From positions 715,356,001 through 715,420,000 of the forward strand of contig NC_067398.1 of NCBI RefSeq assembly GCF_016432865.1: DNA of 64,000 nucleotides. The letters run 5' to 3'. Below the pieces are notes generated by a model that worked only from the letters and a program-made list of their open reading frames with translations, had not been told where the DNA came from and ran no database searches. The DNA is from Antechinus flavipes. Taxonomy: Eukaryota. The position numbers and the translations under genes were made by a program. Below, one piece after another: positions 37,941-64,000 of the stretch. How positions within the stretch are numbered: the stretch's first letter is position 1; each line of letters begins with the position of its first letter.

Positions 37941-38300
37941 GTCTGCGGCGCTGGGGGCTGTGGCTCCAACGGCGGTCTAGGCGCGAGCGACGCTGCGTCC
38001 GGGCCGAGCCGGGCGCTCACAAGATGGCGGCGGCCCGCCTAGAATGAGGCGTGGCTATGCGCTTCCGGTTCCGCCCCTAAATTTCCGGCGGCTCGTTTTC
38101 TCTCCCCGCATACGCCGGACGTGGAGACGCCGTTGCCATGGAGACGGTCAGGCAGGCAGCTTTTACTCGGCTGGGAGCGGCAGCGAATCTAAGGAGCCGA
38201 GGCCGGGGCTCCCGGGGCAGGAGCTGCGGGAACAGTTCCGAAAGCTGCAGCAGCGCTGCCGGAAGCGGGTGAGTCCGGAGGGACAGCTCGGGATCCCCCT
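37540..38300. promoter_or_regulatory. SF3A1/CCDC157 bidirectional CpG-island promoter; probable non-coding CCDC157 exon 1 ending at 38268
   Basis: YY1 CAAGATGGCGGC at 38020-38031; ETS CTTCCGG at 38062-38068 and TTTCCGG near 38082; RFX X-box GTTGCCATGGAGAC at 38132-38145; donor GG|GTGAGT at 38269. Confidence 0.8.
37878..37940 (-). CDS. SF3A1: SF3A1 exon 1
   Basis: MPAGPVQAVPPPPPVATEPKQ; donor CAG|GTAGGC. Confidence 0.97.
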
Positions 38301-39625
38301 CTCCCCTCAGGCTCTGGGGTTTACAGCCCACCTGGGCCCCGCCCCTTCGCTCCCCTCCCCCACCTCTGGCCCCGCCCCTTACCTTACCTTACCAGAACAG
38401 GGGATGTCAGATCCTTTCCCCCCCCATCCCCGAAGAATTTAGTCCCCCATCTTTGGGATCGCCCTTCCCACATCAGGGAGCACCCGCTCTCACCTGGGAG
38501 CCCTGCCATCCAAAACCCTGCCTTCTTGGAGGAGCCCCGCCCCAAATGTACCTTCCCTCTGGGAATGCCCTCCCCACCTCCGGGAGCATCTGCCCTCCCC
38601 TGGGCGCCCCCCAGAGCCCAGCCCTCCTGGAGGAGCCCCACTATTGTCCCTCCCATCTCAGGGAACACCCCTTCTTCTCCCAAAAGCCTCCTCCACCTGA
38701 GAGCCCCCTTCCTCCCGCGGACTTCCCTCCTTTGCCGCGGACTTCCCTCCTTGGCCGTCCCTGGCTCCTTACCTGCCAGGGAGCCACCTCGGCCTCCCAC
38801 GTCAGGCCCCCCTCAGTCAGCGGCCGTTAAGGGCCTCCCCTGGGTCAGGCAGCAGATGCCGAGAGGAACCCTGGCTGCCTTAGCACCCGCTGGCCGCCGG
38901 GCTCCCGTAAGCCCCGGAGGGGGAGTCCCGGAAAGCCGCACTGCCCCTTGGTTCTGCCGGGCGCTTCTCAGCCCTTCTCGCCACCATCCTTTCCCCTTAG
39001 AAGGCCAGCGTTCCCCTGGGGACGCTGGGGCTGCAGTCCCCTCTGACCTTCCACCGGCGGGATCCCTTCGCCACGTAGATCAGACTTTTATGGGGTCTTT
39101 TCTCAACTTTTTATGGCCAGATTTCCCTAGATTTGGGGTCATGGACTCCTCCGACAGTGAAACCAGAATAACGTATTTAAGTGGATAAAATAAAACCGAA
39201 AACCAAGCAGAGTCTGTCAGCAAGCAGGGGCGTACTTATAAACACTGTGTGGCAGAGGGGCGCGGTGCTACGCTGTAATAATACACCTCAATCATATTGA
39301 AATCTGGTGATTAACTCGTTAAAAAAAGGGGGGGGAGTCCCACAGCTCTGGGATTTGAAGCAAGCCCGGGGTCCCCAGCCGTGAAAGGGCCCATCCAGCT
39401 GCTCCCCCTTTTGGGCCCCGATGTGCCCTTCGGCGGCATTTATTGGACCCGGCCCCTCCCGCACTGGGCTAAGGGCTGGGATCCACAGACGAGAGCAGGG
39501 AGGGGTTCCTGCCTTCTGCGAGCTTCTGTTCCAAGGCCCGAGAGGCCGCAAGCCCAGGAGTGTTGGGGCTGCCTTCCGGAGCAGCTCAGCCGCGGGAGAT
39601 GAAGAGCTGGGCGGTTCCGAATTAA

Positions 39626-60787
<21,162 letters not shown>

Positions 60788-61134
60788 CCCCTGGCCCAGA
60801 GACTGATCAATAAAGCCTCCGGCCTCTGCCTTCCCACCAGCAGCCGCCTCGGCCCAGTGTGCACTGGGGGGACAGGGGGGGGGGCGCAGCGGGCAGGGCA
60901 GAGCCCGGGCCTGGGCCACAGAGCTGGAGACGGGTGACCTGGAGCAGAAGGGGGGCTCGAGGGGGAGCTGACCTTCCCTCCTCCCATCAGCTCTGACCTC
61001 CGAGCTCCTCTGGCCCCACTTTACAGAGAAGCAAACTGAGGCACAGAGAGGGGCTTACATGGTACAGCCAGGACTGGGAACCAGAGCTCCTGGCCCTCAG
61101 GACTGCCCTCACTGTGCTAGAGGGCTGGATGGAG

Positions 61135-61375
61135 ACCCGGAGCTCCCTCAGGCCCCCCCAGTCCTTCAAGTCCCCTTCACACGGACCCGGAGCTCCCTCA
61201 GGCTACCCCGGTCCCCCAAGTTCCCCAAGGACCCCGAGCTCCCTCAGGCCACCCCGGCCCCCCAAGTTCCCCAAGGACCCCGAGCTCCCTCAGGCCCCCC
61301 CAAGTTCCCCAAGGACCCCGAGCTCCCTCAGGCCCCCCCAAGTTCCCCAAGGACCCCGAGCTCCCTCAGGCCGCC
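61135..61375. repeat. 38-bp minisatellite (~5 copies)
   Basis: Unit CAAGTTCCCCAAGGACCCCGAGCTCCCTCAGGCCCCCC; period 38 at 61263/61301/61339. Confidence 0.9.
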
Positions 61376-61551
61376 CCGGCCCCCCCGGCCTGAGCCAGAC
61401 CAGCCTGGCTGGGAAGCTGAGGAGCCGGGTCCCTCCGCTGTCCCGGCTCCTGGGCTCTGTGGCCCCCTCGGGAGGGAGGCTGGCCTGAGCAAGCAGAGGC
61501 TCATGGGCCTCCAGGACAGAAACACCGGACCGTGTCTGCAAGTGTCTCAGG

Positions 61552-61557
61552 TTTAAT
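61552..61557 (-). terminator. RNF215 candidate polyA signal ATTAAA
   Basis: TTTAAT on +, about 410 nt past the RNF215 stop. Confidence 0.5.
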
Positions 61558-61967
61558 GTTACACGCGGTACGGGGGGCCCGGGCCCACCCTCCGGCCCTT
61601 CCAGACGTAACCCTAATAAATTAGTGTGAGACGAGGCCCCGGGGCGGAGCGGGGGCCGCTCCTGAGGGTCCCTGAGCGTCTCTGGTGGCCCCCCCAGGCC
61701 GGCCTAGGCCCGACACAGACCCCCACGTGTGCTGGCCCCCTCAGAGGCAGGGAGCCCGGCCTGGGGCGCCCCCTGCTGTCCCCGCGGGCTCAGCCTCCCA
61801 TGGGGAGGGCGGTGCAGCATGGGCGCTCCGCTCCTGGATGGAGGCCGAGGGTCACCTTCCAGACGCGAGCAGCCACGGAAGTCCTGGAGACCGCCGCAGG
61901 GGCCCGGAGAGCCGGGGCGCTCCCAGATGGCGTCGTGGGCCCCCTTGCCCCCGGGGCTGGGCCGGGG

Positions 61968-61990
61968 CTAGCTGTCGGCCCAAGAGCTCC
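61968..61990 (-). CDS. RNF215: RNF215 last coding exon
   Basis: CCCCCAG| (G)SSWADS* TAG; 23 nt, same length as recalled human (G)NRYSDD*. Confidence 0.75.
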
Positions 61991-62017
61991 CTGGGGGATG
62001 GGCGAGAGCAGGCGTCA

Positions 62018-62398
<381 letters not shown>

Positions 62399-62664
62399 TC
62401 ACAAATGCCTCAGCAGCCCTGGAGGAGGGGCTGGGATGAGGCCCATTTTACTGTTGGGGAAACTGAGGCAGACAGGGTCACAGGGCCAGGAAAGCTCTGA
62501 GGCCGGATCTGAACTTGGGGCTTCCCACCCTGGGCCACCCCCAGCCGCTGTCACCGTTCCTGGCGACCACAGAGAGGCTCGTGCCTCCCACTGGCCCGTC
62601 GGGGCCTTCCCAAGGGAGGCCGGGGTCTCCGGGGCGTCGGCCCCATTAGGCAGAGGAGGAGCCA

Positions 62665-64000
62665 GACAGTCCGTGTGTCTGTCTGTGTGTCTGCGTCTGT
62701 GTCCGTGTGTCTGTGTCCGTGTCTGTCTGTGTGTCTGTGTCTGTGTCTGTCTGTGTGTCTGCATCTGTGTCCATGTCTGTCTGTGTCCGTGTCTGTCTGT
62801 GTGTCTGCGTCTGTGTCCATGTGTCTGTCTGTGTGTCTGCGTCTGTGTCCGTGTGTCTGTGTCCATGTGTCCGTGTTTGTGTCCGTGTGTCTGTCTGTCT
62901 GTGTCCGTGTCTGTCTGTCTGTGTCCGTGTCTGTCTGTCTGCATCTGTGTCCATGTGTCTGTCTGTGTGTCTGCGTCTGTGTCCGTGTGTCTGTCTGTGT
63001 CCATGTGTCCGTGTCTGTGTCCGTGTGTCTGTCTATCTGTGTCCGTGTCTGTCTGTCTGTGTCCGTGTCTGTCTGTCTGCATCTGTGTCTGTGTCTGTCT
63101 GTGTGTCTGCGTCTGTGTCCGTGTGTCTGTCTGTGTGTCTGCGTCTGTGTCCGTGTGTCTGTGTCCGTGTGTCTGTCTGTGTGTCTGCGTCTGTGTCCAT
63201 GTCTGTCTGTGTCCGTGTCTGTCTGTGTGTCTGTGTCTGTCTGTGTCCATGTGTCTGTCTGTGTGTCTGCGTCTGTGTCGTGTGTCTGTCTGTGTCCATG
63301 TGTCCGTGTCTGTGTCCGTGTGTTTGTCTGTCTGTGTCCGTGTCTGTCTGTCTGTGTCCGTGTCTGTCTGTCTGCATCTGTGTCCATGTGTCTGTCTGTG
63401 TGTCCGTGTCTGTGTCCGTGTGTCTGTCTGTCTGTGTCCGTGTCTGTCTGTCTGTGTCCGTGTCTGTCTGTCTGCATCTGTGTCTGTGTCTGTCTGTGTG
63501 TCTGCGTCTGTGTCCGTGTGTCTGTCTGTGTGTCTGCGTCTGTGTCCGTGTGTCTGTGTCCGTGTGTCTGTCTGTGTGTCTGTGTCTGTGTCCATGTGTC
63601 TGTCTGTGTCCGTGTCTGTCTGTGTGTCTGCGTCTGTGTCCATGTGTCTGTCTGTGTGTCTGCGTCTGTGTCCGTGTGTCTGTCTGTGTCCATGTGTCCG
63701 TGTCTGTGTCCGTGTGTCTGTCTGTCTGTGTCCGTGTCTGTCTGTCTGTGTCCGTGTCTGTGTGTCTGCGTCTGTGTCCTGTGTCTGTCTGTGTGTCCGT
63801 GTCTGTGTCCGTGTGTCTGTCTGTCTGTGTCCGTGTCTGTCTGTCTGTGTCCGTGTCTGTCTGCATCTGTGTCCATGTGTCTGTCTGTGTGTCTGCATCT
63901 GTGTCCATGTGTCTGTCTGTGTGTCTGTCTGTGTGTCCGTGTCTGTCTGTGTGTCTGCGTCTGTGTCCGTGTGTGTCTGTCTGTGTCTGTGTCTGTCTGT
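62665..64000. repeat. Complex (TGTC/TGTG/CGTG)n satellite in an RNF215 intron, runs off the window
   Basis: More than 1.3 kb built from GTCT, GTGT and GTCC words. Confidence 0.95.

Larger units (their letters stand above)
60809..61620 (+). terminator. CCDC157 candidate polyA signals (proximal 60809-60814, distal 61615-61620)
   Basis: Two AATAAA hexamers on + after the predicted stop. Confidence 0.5.

Noticed and set aside
62399-63908. Long ORFs of 499, 441 and 291 aa ([12 protein letters not shown]...)
   Set aside because: Artefact of a T-poor satellite strand that cannot form stop codons; intronic and low complexity.

Overview
Mammalian genomic DNA, very likely marsupial and probably dasyurid, judging by the tRNA/CORE SINEs and L1 3' tails. 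The region is syntenic with human 22q12.2. Left to right: most of intron 1 plus exon 1 of TBC1D10A (-); the complete 16-exon SF3A1 gene (-, 791 aa); CCDC157 (+, 10 coding exons, 730 aa predicted), head-to-head with SF3A1; and the last two coding exons of RNF215 (-), tail-to-tail with CCDC157. The background is very GC-rich and holds several minisatellites. A ~12 kb AT-rich LINE-1 cluster fills one CCDC157 intron. I found no wholly new gene system. The best second-look items are: (1) a nested L1 structure, including an apparent 3'-transduction with a 15-bp TSD and a later ~0.92 kb tandem duplication; (2) a GC-AG intron in SF3A1; (3) an RFX X-box that overlaps a strong upstream ATG in CCDC157 exon 1; (4) a 26-bp G-rich minisatellite with higher-order structure and CTCF-like terminal units. 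All coordinates were read by hand, gene names rest on recalled human protein sequences, and no database searches were run.
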